A stretch of DNA of 47,874 nucleotides from Octopus sinensis (taxonomy: Eukaryota). The DNA is taken from contig NW_021834510.1 in the NCBI RefSeq assembly GCF_006345805.1, positions 1 through 47,874 on the forward strand, read 5' to 3'. Of the stretch, positions 14,163 through 26,710 are shown one piece after another. The translations under genes and the position numbers were made by a program. The notes under the pieces are model-generated. The model saw only the letters and a list, made by a program, of their open reading frames with translations, ran no database searches and was not told the origin of the DNA. Positions within the stretch are counted from its first letter, which is position 1. Each line of letters starts with the position of its first letter.

Positions 14163-14625
14163 TTTGTACTTTTACGTGTTTCAGTCATTTGACTGTGGCC
14201 ATGCAGGAGCATCGCCTTAAACGGTTTTAGCCGAACCACAGGACTTAATCTTTGTAACCCTAGTACTTATTCTATCGGTCATTTAGGCCGAACTGCTAAG
14301 TTACACAGGTGTAAACATATTAATATCGGTTGTCAAGGGACAGTGGGTGACAACACAGAAAAGACACACACACATAAATACACAAACACACACACATACA
14401 CATACACATACAATATATATATACATATATATATATGTATATATTTGTGTATATATATATATATGTATGTGTGTGTGTATGTGTGTGTGTGACAAGCTTC
14501 TTTCAGTTTCCGTGTTTCAAATCTACTCGCGAGGGTATAGTAAAGAACAATCGCCCGAGGTTCCTCGCAGTGAGACTGAACCCATGTGACTGGGAAGTAA
14601 TCTTCTTACTAGCCACGCCTGTGCC
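14163..14625 (-). mobile_element. SINE family C (tRNA head, internal CA/TA microsatellite, body ending ...CAGTCAAATGACTGAAACAAGTAAAAG), diverged full-length copy
   Basis: Collinear with the copy at 40015-40497. Confidence 0.85.
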
Positions 14626-14745
14626 TATATATATGTGTGTGGTGGGGGTGGGGGTATTATAGATATGTGTATGTAAGTATTACTGTTGTTCTTGGTGTTC
14701 TTGTTCATGCTGTTGTTTTCGTTATTACTGTTAATAAATTGATGG

Positions 14746-14975
14746 GATGAGGCGGCAAGGAAGCTGAATCGTTTGCATGCCGGATAAGATGCTTCGCAGC
14801 ATTTTGCTCATCATTACATTCTGAGTTCTAATTCCAAGGAAGTCGACTTTTCCCATTCCTACTCTCGGGGTCGATAAAATATGTACCAGTAGCAGCTGAG
14901 CACAGGGGTCGATGTGATCAACTAGACCCCTCATTCGAAACTGCTAAACTTGTAACAAATTTTGAAATCAATTTA
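14746..14975 (+). mobile_element. SINE family B copy
   Basis: GGCGGC..G.AGAATCGTT head, GTCGACTTT..CGGGGTCGATAAAATA.GTACC core. Confidence 0.8.
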
Positions 14976-14987
14976 TTAATGATATAA

Positions 14988-15205
14988 GATGGTGTCTGGC
15001 AGAATCGTTAGCACGCCGGACCAAATGCTTAGCGGCTTTTCCCCCGTTATTTCATTCTGAGTTGAAATTCCGCCGAAGTCGACTTTACCTTTCATCCTTT
15101 CGGAGTCGACAAAATATGTAATTCTTCCAGATCAGTGTCGACATATTCAACTGTGCCCCTCCTTCGAAATTGCTGGCCTTGTGCCAATAACGAAACCAAT
15201 TAATT
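14988..15205 (+). mobile_element. SINE family B copy (tandem neighbour)
   Basis: CTGGCAGAATCGTTAGCACGCCGG..AAATGCTTAGCGG..TTCTGAGTT.AAATTCCGCCGA.GTCGACTTT.CCTTTCATCCTTTCGG.GTCGA. Confidence 0.85.
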
Positions 15206-15767
15206 AATGAGATGCGTAAGAAAATTTAATCTTGGTTCTCTCGGTCGAGAAGCATTAAGTTGAAGTCCGTTTATTCATTGCCATCATTGGGCTAAAACGC
15301 AAAAACACAACTACATTTTAAACTATCTCTCACACTCCTTGTTGACACTTCACAATAAATGTACACCATAACTATAACAGGCAGGAAACGATATTCCAAA
15401 GCCTTCGATTCTGCTTAAACACTGGAATAATCGAACTCGATATTTGACAGCTGCCGTGCGGAATGAATCCCAAGGTTACCTAAAATATATCATTAATGCA
15501 TTTCACTCATGCAGTGTTTCGGCGGAAAAATCGGTGAATTTTTCTGGCTTGTGTCGCCATTTTAACTTCACATTCCTCACTATCGTAGCTAATCTAGTCA
15601 TTGTTACAATGCGTTGGTGAAGACGGGGTTTAGGAAATTGATGGATAGAAATACGGTGAATCCAAACAGGGTGTATTTGCTGACAGCCACACGTACACAC
15701 AAACACATAACTATACATATATCACTGTCTTTCACTTGCTCTCCCTCTCCATCTCTCCCGCCCTTTC

Positions 15768-15768
<1 letters not shown>

Positions 15769-15838
<70 letters not shown>

Positions 15839-15874
15839 GTCTATCTATCTATCTATCTATCTATCTATTTATCA

Positions 15875-15956
<82 letters not shown>
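15769..15956. repeat. (CTAT)n tetranucleotide microsatellite, 5' flank of the Tx1 LINE
   Basis: Direct reading. Confidence 0.97.
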
Positions 15957-16156
15957 TGACGGATGTGATGTCAGTTCAACTCCGAAGGTAATCATTTATT
16001 TTGACTATTTATAGGCCAATTTTTGTGTAGATTTTTGCAAATAAGGTGTGTAAGGCAACCAACTTTCATTTGAGTGCTTTTCCAAGGGAGGAATTCGCCC
16101 CTAGGGGCAGTTTCGACCCCATTTCATTTCTGTTATTTTCTTCTCGACATTAGAAA

Positions 16157-18036
16157 ATGTCTAGAAATTTTATTGTTGAACGCTGGTCGCGTTCTTTTAT
16201 GGAACAACATTTTCCTAGTCTGGAAACGACAGAGAAAAAAAAGAACGTTCGCACGGAAAATGCCAACGTAAAATTCGGTGAAATGAACGCTGCAACCACG
16301 TGCGTTAACAGCCCTGTCACCACCGCCACCACCACCACTAACAACAGCAACCACGAGACAACAACTGCTACCACCACCACCTCCACCACCACCACCACCA
16401 CTACCACGACCAACATAAATGATAAAAATAAAACTGAAACGAAAACTATTGACAAAAACAACAGCAACAACAAGAACAACAATAAAAATGAACTATCTAA
16501 TAGTGAAGATGTTAATACAAAAAAGTCAACAACACAGTAAATTTCGCAGATATTCTTCGCCAGAAAAAAGGAGATTGTTACATTCACAAATGAAGAGCTC
16601 ATAGAAACAAGAGCTCTCTTTACAACCCGTGGACAAGATTTAGTCCTGCATACACCTCAACATATAAAACAAGAAATAGAAAATAAGACAATTGTATATA
16701 AAATTATTAGAAAAAACAAAAAACCAAATGAACAGATTACAAAAACTGATGTGGAGAAATGTTTAAAAAACATAATGAAAGAAAAAGAGTATATAAACTG
16801 GGGTCCCCAGTTTAACACAGTAGTGGTCCGCTTCCCTAACCAGGAAGTGGCAAAAGCTCACTCTACTGAGTCTCTGGGAAATGATGAAATCATCATGGTC
16901 CCTTATTATAAAAACCAGAGGGTGAGTAGAATTACTATCAGAAATGTACCCCCGATATGCCGAACAAATGGATAACAGGGGCAATCTGTTACCACTTGAA
17001 AAAGATCAATATTCTAGAAACAGCCGTGTACCTAAACGACAATTGGGGTGGAAAAACAGTAGTAGTGACCATCCAGATTGAGGGGGCCTCTATCGAGAGC
17101 CTACCCGACAGATATACTTGGAGAATGGGCAATGCCTATATGTTATGGCAGAAGGCAAAAGCCTAGATGCTACAAATGTGGCAGCCCCGAACATTTGATT
17201 GCCAAGTGCGATCTGGTACAGAAAAAAACAAGAAAGAACAATTCAGAAAACAAATAAAATCCTTTGTTGCCAACACCAACACCAACACACTCAATTATGG
17301 AACAACGCCAAGAAAAACAACAAACCAGCAAACAAACCCCAACAACATCACCAAGAAAAACAGTACCAACACAATCACCGTTGACGTCACAACCAATTAA
17401 ACTTGTTGAATCTTCAAAAAATCGAACACACCCACACCCAGGACGACAATTAAAAAGACAGAAAACACTGACGAGAAGACAAACCCTAACCCTAACACCA
17501 CAACAACACAAACACCGCACAAAACATCAACAATTTATACAAGCATACATAGTAATGCAAATGTTTTGCCTCTACCCCATACTGATACGTCGGACGACGA
17601 AAGTTCGACGGAATGGCAAATAGCCACAGGGGGTAAAAGAAAAAGATCCAAAAAAGCCACCAAACAAGGAATTAAAGCAGGGAGATATCTAACTCAGGAC
17701 AACATCCCCCTAGACAATCAAAAAAGTAATGAACCCGTAAAACCACACACACAACTAACTGCAATAGACACAGACAATAAAGAATTAATGGACTACATCA
17801 AATCTAACTTGGTCGTCTGTGAAGATGACTTTAAGACAAACAATCATCCGCACACTACACCACCGAAACACATCAGAATTTTACACATAACACAAGCACA
17901 ACACCACATACTGAAAACAATATTTCCGAATGCGGTAGGCGGGTATCAACGATACCTGTCGAAAAAACTATACAAACACCTCATCAAAAACGATACAAAA
18001 GAAGAAGAGAAAAAAAAGATGAAACTTTTAAAATGA
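16157..18036 (+). pseudogene. Tx1 LINE ORF1 (gag-like) remnant
   Basis: Fragmented ORFs 16157-16540, 16751-16975, 16957-17166 and 17566-18036; zinc knuckle CYKCGSPEHLIAKC at ~17168-17209; Thr/Asn-rich linkers. Confidence 0.75.
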
Positions 18037-18101
18037 GTAAGTGACCTCACTTCTTGCCTCTTGTCTCTTCTAATATAGTGTGTAAAACACAATTTTCGTA
18101 A

Positions 18102-21100
18102 ATGTCAAGTATGCTTAAATTAGGTTGTGTGAATGCGCGTGGCTTGGCGTCGGCTTGGAAGCAAGGTTACCTTCTAAACGACATCAAGTCACTGGACGTG
18201 GATATAGTAGCTATCAGTGAAACCAGACCCAGTAAGCCGCGGGCCCTCGAGTCCATGTTTGGCAATCAATTTGACATTTATTTTTCTACCTGTCTGCGAA
18301 CATGGGTGGTGGAGGTACTGCGGTGCTTTTTCGAAAGAGTCTAAAGGTAAAAGTAAGAGCAATATTCCTAGACCCGGAGGGTAGGCTGGTTGTCTTGGAC
18401 GTGGATGGCAGAAATGGGTGTGCATTCCGTCTGATGGCAGTTTATGCACCGTCCTTAACGGGTCGGGGCGATTTCTTCAGACGTCTAGAGGTTTCCTGGG
18501 TACGTCTAGACCTTTACTGTTAGTAGGGGATTGGAACGCTACCTTGGACACGCATCCATGTGGGAAGGGATAGGAATAGAAGGGGGTGTAAGAGCCTCAA
18601 AGACCTGCTCAGACGTTTCCATTTGTCTGACAGGTTCCGACTCGACCATCCGAACGTGCCAACGTGGACTTGGACAAACCGCGTCGGATCGTCGAGATAT
18701 TATCTAGATAGAATTCTATGCAGGACAGCGGATAGGGATAGTGTAGGATGTCCACAATTTAAAATAGTCAGCTACACAGATCACAAATTTGTTACGTGTA
18801 CGCTCGACTTAGATAAAACACATAGGCAGGGTCCCGGTTACTGGAAACTGAACACGTCGCTGTTAGCGCGACAGGTTTACAGGAACCGGATTAGCGAGTT
18901 AATTAAGAGGGCGCTGACGGGAGCGGTCGTTAACAACCGCTGGTGGTACGCCCTGAAAATGGCAATAAAATCGGAATCAATTAGGTTTAGCAAGGAATTA
19001 GCGATAGAACGAAATAGAGTAGAGGGAGACTTAGTTAAGACTAGAAGAGGCACTTACCACTGGCAGCGCAACCAACGTGCTGGCTGCGAGGATGGCCCTC
19101 GACCAACACCTCAACGCCAAGCACGAAGGTTGCGTCGTCAGAGCTACAATACGTGCCTTAAGGAACGAAGGATTGAAGCTGCGCGAGAGGCCGGGTAGCG
19201 GAGGCGCAGCGTGGCAACAGATCAACCATTCGGTCTCTAATAGATCAACAGGGATGCAGTTTACTCGAACCCGAAAGGATGTGTGAGGCCTTTCAACAGC
19301 ACTTTGCTCGACTGTTTGGTGCGAGTGGTGGGTCGGAACGAGGGATGGATTTCAGTGCCTACCTGACCGACCTGCCGCGGCTCTCGGCAAGAGAAGCGGA
19401 GTGTTGTGAAAGTCCCATCACAGCCGCTGACGTGTGGGATGGGATGCGATGGCGGGCTGCGCGAGGGATAAGTCGCCTGGATTGGATGGTTTACCCTACG
19501 AGCTGTATTGTCGAATGCCAGACTTGTTTGGCGACCTCTTGGCATCAGTCTACTGCAAGTGGCAACAAAACGGGAGAATCCCCGGTTTCGTGAGCCGAGG
19601 TGCAGTGACGTTGCTGAAGAAAGACCCAAACAAGGGGAATTTTATAGATAATTTCAGGCCCATCACTGCTCAACGCAGATTTGAAAATTTTGGCCAAAGT
19701 AATAGCCGAGAGGTTGGCGCTTGTCATTGGTAAACTGGTCGACAGGGCGCAAACATGCGCCGTGCCGGGCAGAACCATACATGACAACCTCCATCTGATG
19801 CGCTACATTGTGGACAGGGTAGTTAAGGATCCTGGCATGGGTGGGGCGCTGATAAATTTGGATCAGTCTAAAGCCTTCGATAGGGTAGACCATCGGTACT
19901 TGGCGGCCGTCCTCAGGGCGGCTGGCTTCGGTCCCGTCTTCCGCGGTTGGATCGCTGCTTTGTATAGCGGCATCCGATCGGTGATCGGGGTGAACGGTCA
20001 ACTGTCGAAACCGTTTGACATCACGCGTTCGGTCCGTCAGGGGTTGTCCCTTGTCGGCGCTTCTGTATGTATTGACTCTCGAGCCGCTACTGCGGAAGCT
20101 GGCGACACTGAGGGGCATCCCACGGGAACTGGGTTGCGGGACGAGCGTGTCGGCATATGCGGACGATGTCACCGTCATAGTGTCGAGCGACAAACACATC
20201 AAGATGATAGGCGAGACACTAAGAAAATACGAAACGGTGACGGGAGCAAAGATTAACCCGGAAAAGTCAGTGGGTTTGCTACTCGGCACCTGGAGAAGCA
20301 AGCCCATGCCGTCCGACTGCGGCTCAGTAGGGGACGCTGGACGGACGGACCGGTTAAATTGCTCGGGGCTGGTTCAGTCCGGACCTCCAAATGGATAAGA
20401 ACTGGGACGAGATCACGAGTAGAGTGGTCGCTCTCAGCCACACATGGGCCGAGAGAAAGCTGTCTCTAAAAGGCCGGGCGGAGGTGGCGAACGCGTACAT
20501 CGCATCCGTCATCGATTACCGCCTGACCGTCGTACCTTGTCCCGACGCCACCATCACCAAACTGGAACGCATACTCTTCGCGCTTCCTGTGAAAGGGTGG
20601 CGTTCCGATGGTGAGGAAGTCCATTTGCTGTCAACATCCGTTGAATGGAGGACTGGGCATGCCGTGGTTGATGATGCGCAGGCATGCGCGCTGAGACTGC
20701 GACATCTCTGGAAATTCATCGACGACGGTGAACAGGTGTGGGCGCCGTTTGTGAGGCGCGACTTCCCGCAGCTCGTCTCACTGACCGAACTGCAAACGTG
20801 GATCAAAAAGAGACCGAAACTGGGCGATTGGCACCGAGAGTGTCGCCAAGCTCTACAGCAGCTCTGCCGACCGGGGTCAAACTTGTGCAACTTACAAACG
20901 ACTAAAGCGTTCTATAGAGGACTAGTGGGGGAGGTCCGACGACACTCGGGGCAAACCTTCGACTTCCTAACCCGCCTGTTCAGAACGACGTTCGGGCCGG
21001 GGCCTATGGATAACTTCCAGAAATCCCTGGCTTGGCAGTGCTATCGAGACGCACTACCTGTTCGAGAAAAGAGCTACAGACACGGTTCGAAAACCATCAC

Positions 21101-21532
21101 CGGACCGACCTGCCCGAGATGCGGTCAGAGCGACGAAACCGTTCTGCACGCACTCGTGCAGTGTCCAGATATTTCAGAGCTGTGGTCCTTCGTCGAACAG
21201 CTGTTGTCACGTGTAGGTCAGGCTCGCCTATCGGCCGAGTCTATTGTGTATATATTGTTCCACCACCTTCCTTTAAACGGGAAGGGAAAACGGTTTTCGT
21301 TACGCTGATGGCTATGGCGAAAGAATGTGTATGGTGGACGCGTTTGAAAGGACTGCAAACAAACACCTTCCTCTCTGGTCAGTCTCTCGTCAACTTTTTC
21401 AAGTACCACTTGAAAAGGAGGATGAGAATAGAGAGGAAGGCTTTGTCGAGCGAATGTTTTAATAAAAAGTGGGTAAAAGTGGCAAAAATGGTCAGTATGA
21501 AAGACGACACTATTTTAAGCATAAATCTGTAA
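18102..21532 (+). pseudogene. Tx1 LINE ORF2 (APE endonuclease, reverse transcriptase, zinc-binding domain), frameshifted
   Basis: LGCVNARGL, DIVAISET, GGTAVLF, AVYAPS, GDWNA, LDRI, TDHK, GPGYWKLNTSLL, KSPGLDGLPYELY, NFRPIT, KILAKVIAERL, LDQSKAFDRVDH, VRQGCPLSALLY, AYADDVT, CPRCGQSDETVLHALVQC. Confidence 0.93.
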
Positions 21533-21830
21533 CCAAAAGAGACAACGAGAAGTAAGGCGACTTACTCATGTGTTCTTTTCGAACTGTCTGAGGTGACCTT
21601 GGTCTTTTTTGTAGGTTTTTCTTTCCAAGACTACACCTAAACTGTGTGAACTTATATATTATATATATTGCTTTTTATACACCACACAACCCACAGATCC
21701 CTATTGATCAAACGTTTTTTTTTTTTTTTTTTTTGGCCCCACCCATCCCACCTCGAAAAGAAAAAAATTCTACATTGTATTTCGTCCATTTTTATTCTAT
21801 GTTCAGCCCTGTGTGGCTACAATAAAAAGT

Positions 21831-21891
21831 TATCTATCTGTCTGTCTGTCTGTCTGTCTATCCATCTATCTATCTATCTATCTATCTATCA

Positions 21892-21975
<84 letters not shown>

Positions 21976-21977
21976 GC

Positions 21978-22020
<43 letters not shown>

Positions 22021-22032
22021 TCTATCAATCTA

Positions 22033-22099
<67 letters not shown>

Positions 22100-22137
22100 G
22101 TCTGTCTGTCTGTCTGTCTATCTGTCTATCTATCTTT
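21831..22137. repeat. (CTAT)n/(CTGT)n microsatellite, 3' flank of the Tx1 LINE
   Basis: Direct reading. Confidence 0.95.
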
Positions 22138-22145
22138 CTGTGATA

Positions 22146-22318
22146 CACGATCCCTATTGATCGTTTTTTTCTTTTTGTTTTCTTTTATTCCTTTCTACGA
22201 TCTCTTTTGATCGAAAACCTGCCCCACCTTATTTTTCTACCCCAAAAGAAAACTTTGTATATGTCTACTTTGTAATATGTCTCGTCTGTGTCCAACCCTG
22301 TGTGGCTAATAAAGAAAC
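22146..22318 (+). mobile_element. 5'-truncated 3'-UTR copy of a related Tx1 LINE
   Basis: Shares GATCCCTATTGATC..TTTTTT, CCCCACC, AAAAGAAAA and CCCTGTGTGGCTA(C)AATAAA with 21695-21829. Confidence 0.75.
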
Positions 22319-22584
22319 ACATATATCTATTTGTCTGTCTCTATCTCTTTTTCTCATTTTCTCTAGCAATGTGTGTGCGTGTGTGTGAGTAAGTATTTAT
22401 ACGCAAACATAGGCACATACACACCACAGTACAAAACGCACATATACGCTCTCACATACACACGCACGCACACCCTCGTTTTGGGATCACCATTACTTTA
22501 TTATCTCCCCTTCGTCCTAGCTCTCCTATGTGACCCATCAGTTAGACATTCGCCATGATAGATCGCTAGCACTAAACCTTTTCT

Positions 22585-22654
<70 letters not shown>

Positions 22655-23004
22655 ATAGATATATAGATAGATAGAGAGAGAGAGAGGGGGAGAGAGAGGG
22701 AGATGCAGAAACAGGTATAGAGATGGAAAGAGAGAACTCTGATTGGAAAATTTGGCAGATATACGGAGATATTAACTTTTATATCCGAAAAAATAGACAA
22801 AATCTATTTATCTATCTAACTCTATCTGTTTATCAATTAAACTCGTCTTATCTACACGCTTGTCTTATGTATATATATATGAATACACACATATATACAT
22901 ATATATATATGTGTGTGTGTATGTCTATATATATATATATGTGTGTGCGTGCATTGATGTATGTATGAATGTATGTATAGATATATATACATACATATAA
23001 AAAC

Positions 23005-23052
<48 letters not shown>

Positions 23053-23238
23053 CATAATACGTACATATATATATATATAAAAATATATATATATACGCGT
23101 GAATATAATCATGATTTATTACATTGTGTAATCAGCCGTTGGCAAATGGAAGACGAAAAAAGAAACACATTCTTGATAGGCACAGATCTCATACTTACTC
23201 TATCAACCAAAAATGTATGTGTGTGACTGTGTGTGTCG

Positions 23239-23275
<37 letters not shown>

Positions 23276-23499
23276 AGTATGTGTGTGTGTTCTTCTTTAT
23301 ATAAAGGATCATTAAGCAATGCAATAATCAAATGGAAATCAATTATGATTCGATAATAGCAATGCCATAAGGTTAAAATATTGATTAATTTTGGTGGAAG
23401 CTTTAATTTGAAATATCGATTGCTATAATCAATTATCATCTCTCTACGCACACAAACACATACGAGAGAATAGAGCAACACATACACACACACACTATA

Positions 23500-23638
23500 T
23501 GTACATATATGCATAAGTATATTTATATACATACATGTCTATCTATCATTTAGATATAATATCTATACATAAGTGTGTATATATATGTATATATATATGT
23601 ATATATATATATATAGATATATATATATTAGAATATAT

Positions 23639-23677
<39 letters not shown>

Positions 23678-24074
23678 ATGCATATATATGTATATTTGAA
23701 TATATATATATATATGCATGTAGACACATTCTTATGCATGTATATATGTGTGCGTGTGTGACTCTGTATGTGTCATTACATATATATATATACACGCATA
23801 TACATACATATACATACATGTATATATGTTTGATTATACACGAATGTTTCAGTGGGTATTTTGTGTAAGTATTATATATGTATATAATTTGTTCATTATT
23901 CATAGATATGTGTTCATATTCTCACATATGAAATTATCTATCAATCTATATAAATATATATTTGAATACACACACACACACACACACACATATAGATATA
24001 TATAATATATATATATATATATTATATATAATACATATGTATATATATATATATACATATGTATATATATACAT

Positions 24075-24105
<31 letters not shown>

Positions 24106-24385
24106 CATATATATACATATATATATATACATACATACATATATATATATATATACATACATATATAATATAATATATATATACATATATATACATATTC
24201 ATATATATATATACATATATACATATATATATACACACATTATATACATATATATATACATATATATATATACACACATATATGTTCATATATATATAGA
24301 TACATATATTTATATATATATGCATATGCATATATGCAAATGTATATATATAGTGTGTGTGTGTGTGTGTGTGTGTGTATTTATA
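23500..24385. repeat. Long imperfect (TA)n/(CATA)n/(CA)n tract
   Basis: Direct reading. Confidence 0.95.
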
Positions 24386-24810
24386 TCTCCGCCTATATAT
24401 GTGTACATGTAGCTGGCAGTCTGAGTGCGTTTGTGTATATGTTTGTGCGTATAGTTATAAACAAGTGTGAAGAGAAGCAAAATATTTAGGCAAATATTAC
24501 TAAATACTTACTCCTATAAATTCTATATAGGTTAAACTTTATATATTGTCACAACGCCTTTCTTTTTTGTCATATTCAACAGGTAATAAAATATACAATT
24601 TGACGTGTGATATAAAATATGTATGACTATTATAAAGAACACTGTTTGAGTGATATGGTTTGTAGAAATCAGATGAAGCATCGGTATGATTTCAGTTGTA
24701 ATTAAGAGTGGTGCAGTTAAAATGGTGTAAAGTTAACATTGAGCAGAGGCACGGTATATGTGAATTATGTAGGTGCGTTCATAAATATGTGTGGACGTAT
24801 TCTTTCAGTC

Positions 24811-25026
24811 CTTTATTCTTTTACTTGTTTCAGTCATTTGACTGCGGCCATGCTGGAGCACCGTCTTTAGTCGTGCAAGTCGACCCCAGGGCTTATTGTT
24901 TGTAAGCCTACTACTTATTCTGTCGCTTTCTCTTTTGCCGAACCGGTAGCTAACGGGGATGTAAACACACCAGCATCGGTGTTCTAGCGATGTTGGGGGG
25001 ACAAACACAGACACATGAACACATAG

Positions 25027-25060
<34 letters not shown>
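24811..25060 (-). mobile_element. SINE family C 3' body
   Basis: TTTTACTTGTTTCAGTCATTTGACTGCGGCCATGCTGGAGCACC...GGGGGACAAACACAGAC. Confidence 0.88.
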
Positions 25061-25062
<2 letters not shown>

Positions 25063-25228
25063 TTATATATCTATATCTATATCTATATCTATCTCTTTCT
25101 ATATATATATATATATGGGGTGGGGTGTTCGACGAGCTGTAATGAATATAGAAGATCGAGTTGAATGTTCAATGTTAGGTCCACCGCCTCATATATATAT
25201 ATATAATATATATATATATATAAATATA

Positions 25229-25267
<39 letters not shown>

Positions 25268-25281
25268 ATATTATATATTAT

Positions 25282-25329
<48 letters not shown>

Positions 25330-25337
25330 ATATATAT

Positions 25338-25998
25338 AGCAATTAAGGACAACTTCTTAATAAGGAATCTTAATAAGAAATTATCAGGTAGATAGCGTGA
25401 AAAACCTCATAAGAGAAAAATTTCGAAAATAATTTTTTCTTATTGAACATATTAATTTATATATAGAGGGCATTATTATACATAGATGCCACACGCTAAG
25501 AGGGACAAAAAGTCAATTCTACCAAAAATTTTACTAATCCCACCGAATGCAATCTTTCAAAGCAAGACATTTAAAAAATATAGACTTGTATCACCTGTGA
25601 TTTCGTACTTACGTACTCTTCAGCAAGCCTGAACGTATCATAAATAAACGACCCTGTCTCGTCGAAGCCAAGCAGCTAACTGTTCAACGTCAACGAGGCA
25701 CATGGGGGAGTTTACATATATTACATCCGGTAAATGGCAGGCTTCTTCGAATTGCATTTCGGGGGGGGGGGGGGAAAGTTTTTTCGGAATAAAATTATTT
25801 AGCAATTAAGGACAACTTCTTAATAAGGAATCTTAATAAGAAATTATCAGGTAGATAGCGTGAAAAACCTCATAAGAGAAAAGTTTCGAAAATAATTTTT
25901 TCTTATTGAACATATTAATTTATATATAGAGGGCATTATTATACATAGATGCCACACGCTAAGAGGGACAAAAAGTCAATTCTACCAAAAATTTTACT
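25338..25998 (-). mobile_element. Retrozyme/PLE-pLTR-like unit: 198-bp direct repeats (25338-25535, 25801-25998; period 463 bp) around an HHR-bearing segment
   Basis: Near-identical repeats read directly; canonical HHR at 25583-25629; bounded by (TA)n and (AAT)n. Confidence 0.7.
25583..25629 (-). ncRNA. Type I hammerhead ribozyme (canonical core)
   Basis: Minus strand GGCUUG-CUGAAGA-GUAC(GUAA)GUAC-GAA-AUCA(CAGG)UGAU-A-CAAGUC: all three stems pair and the triplet is AUA. Confidence 0.9.
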
Positions 25999-26035
25999 CC
26001 CAACTTGTACAAATGAAAAGCAAAAGTGAAACAAA

Positions 26036-26080
<45 letters not shown>

Positions 26081-26126
26081 CATAATAATAATAACAGTAA
26101 TAATAATAATACTAATCACCATCATC

Positions 26127-26204
<78 letters not shown>

Positions 26205-26710
26205 GAGCGGTCTATTAATGACAACTTTTTCAAATCCACAAAATGTGTCGTTATAGACTACATTCTTTTCCTCAAGATCTCAAAGTTTGATATTACAGAA
26301 TACTAAAGTTTTCTTCCTCGAGATTCTCGGAGCGTTGTTTTCATACCAGGAAAAGTAATTGATAGAAGGTCACAATGCATGCATGAATATTCCTCGTGAG
26401 TATAGAAAAACAAAAAGCAGTGATAAGGAACTGATCGATGTTTCGACGAGGATCACATGGTGCGTTTGAATTATGAAATATTTCAATTAATACTTTTGAC
26501 ATTTTGCTTAGAAGATTTCCTGCCATCGCAATGAAATTTTTTTTATTGAGCGGCGATATGTCTATGGTCTCCTGACATATACACAGTCACGAAGTAGATA
26601 GATAAAATTTAGAAAATGGCTGTTGAAACTATTTATTGAAATTTTGATAGTTTTGAGTATAATATAAAATGTATGTTTTGCGAAAGATAAATAAATGTTG
26701 CATTCGGATT

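Larger units (their letters stand above)
15957..21830 (+). mobile_element. Near-full-length Tx1-clade (L1 group) LINE, inactive (multiple frameshifts and stops)
   Basis: ORF1 with a CCHC knuckle, ORF2 with APE, RT and C-terminal zinc domain, and a 3' UTR ending AATAAAAAG before (CTAT/CTGT)n. The 5' boundary is approximate. Confidence 0.9.

Noticed and set aside
22498-22545. Minus-strand CUGAUGG-GUC..GAC-GAAG motif
   Set aside because: Two core substitutions and no stem III or stem I.
26220-26526. Minus-strand ORF MAGNLLSKMSK... next to the tandem array, possibly a PLE N-terminus
   Set aside because: Only 61 aa, no diagnostic motif; cannot be supported without a profile search.
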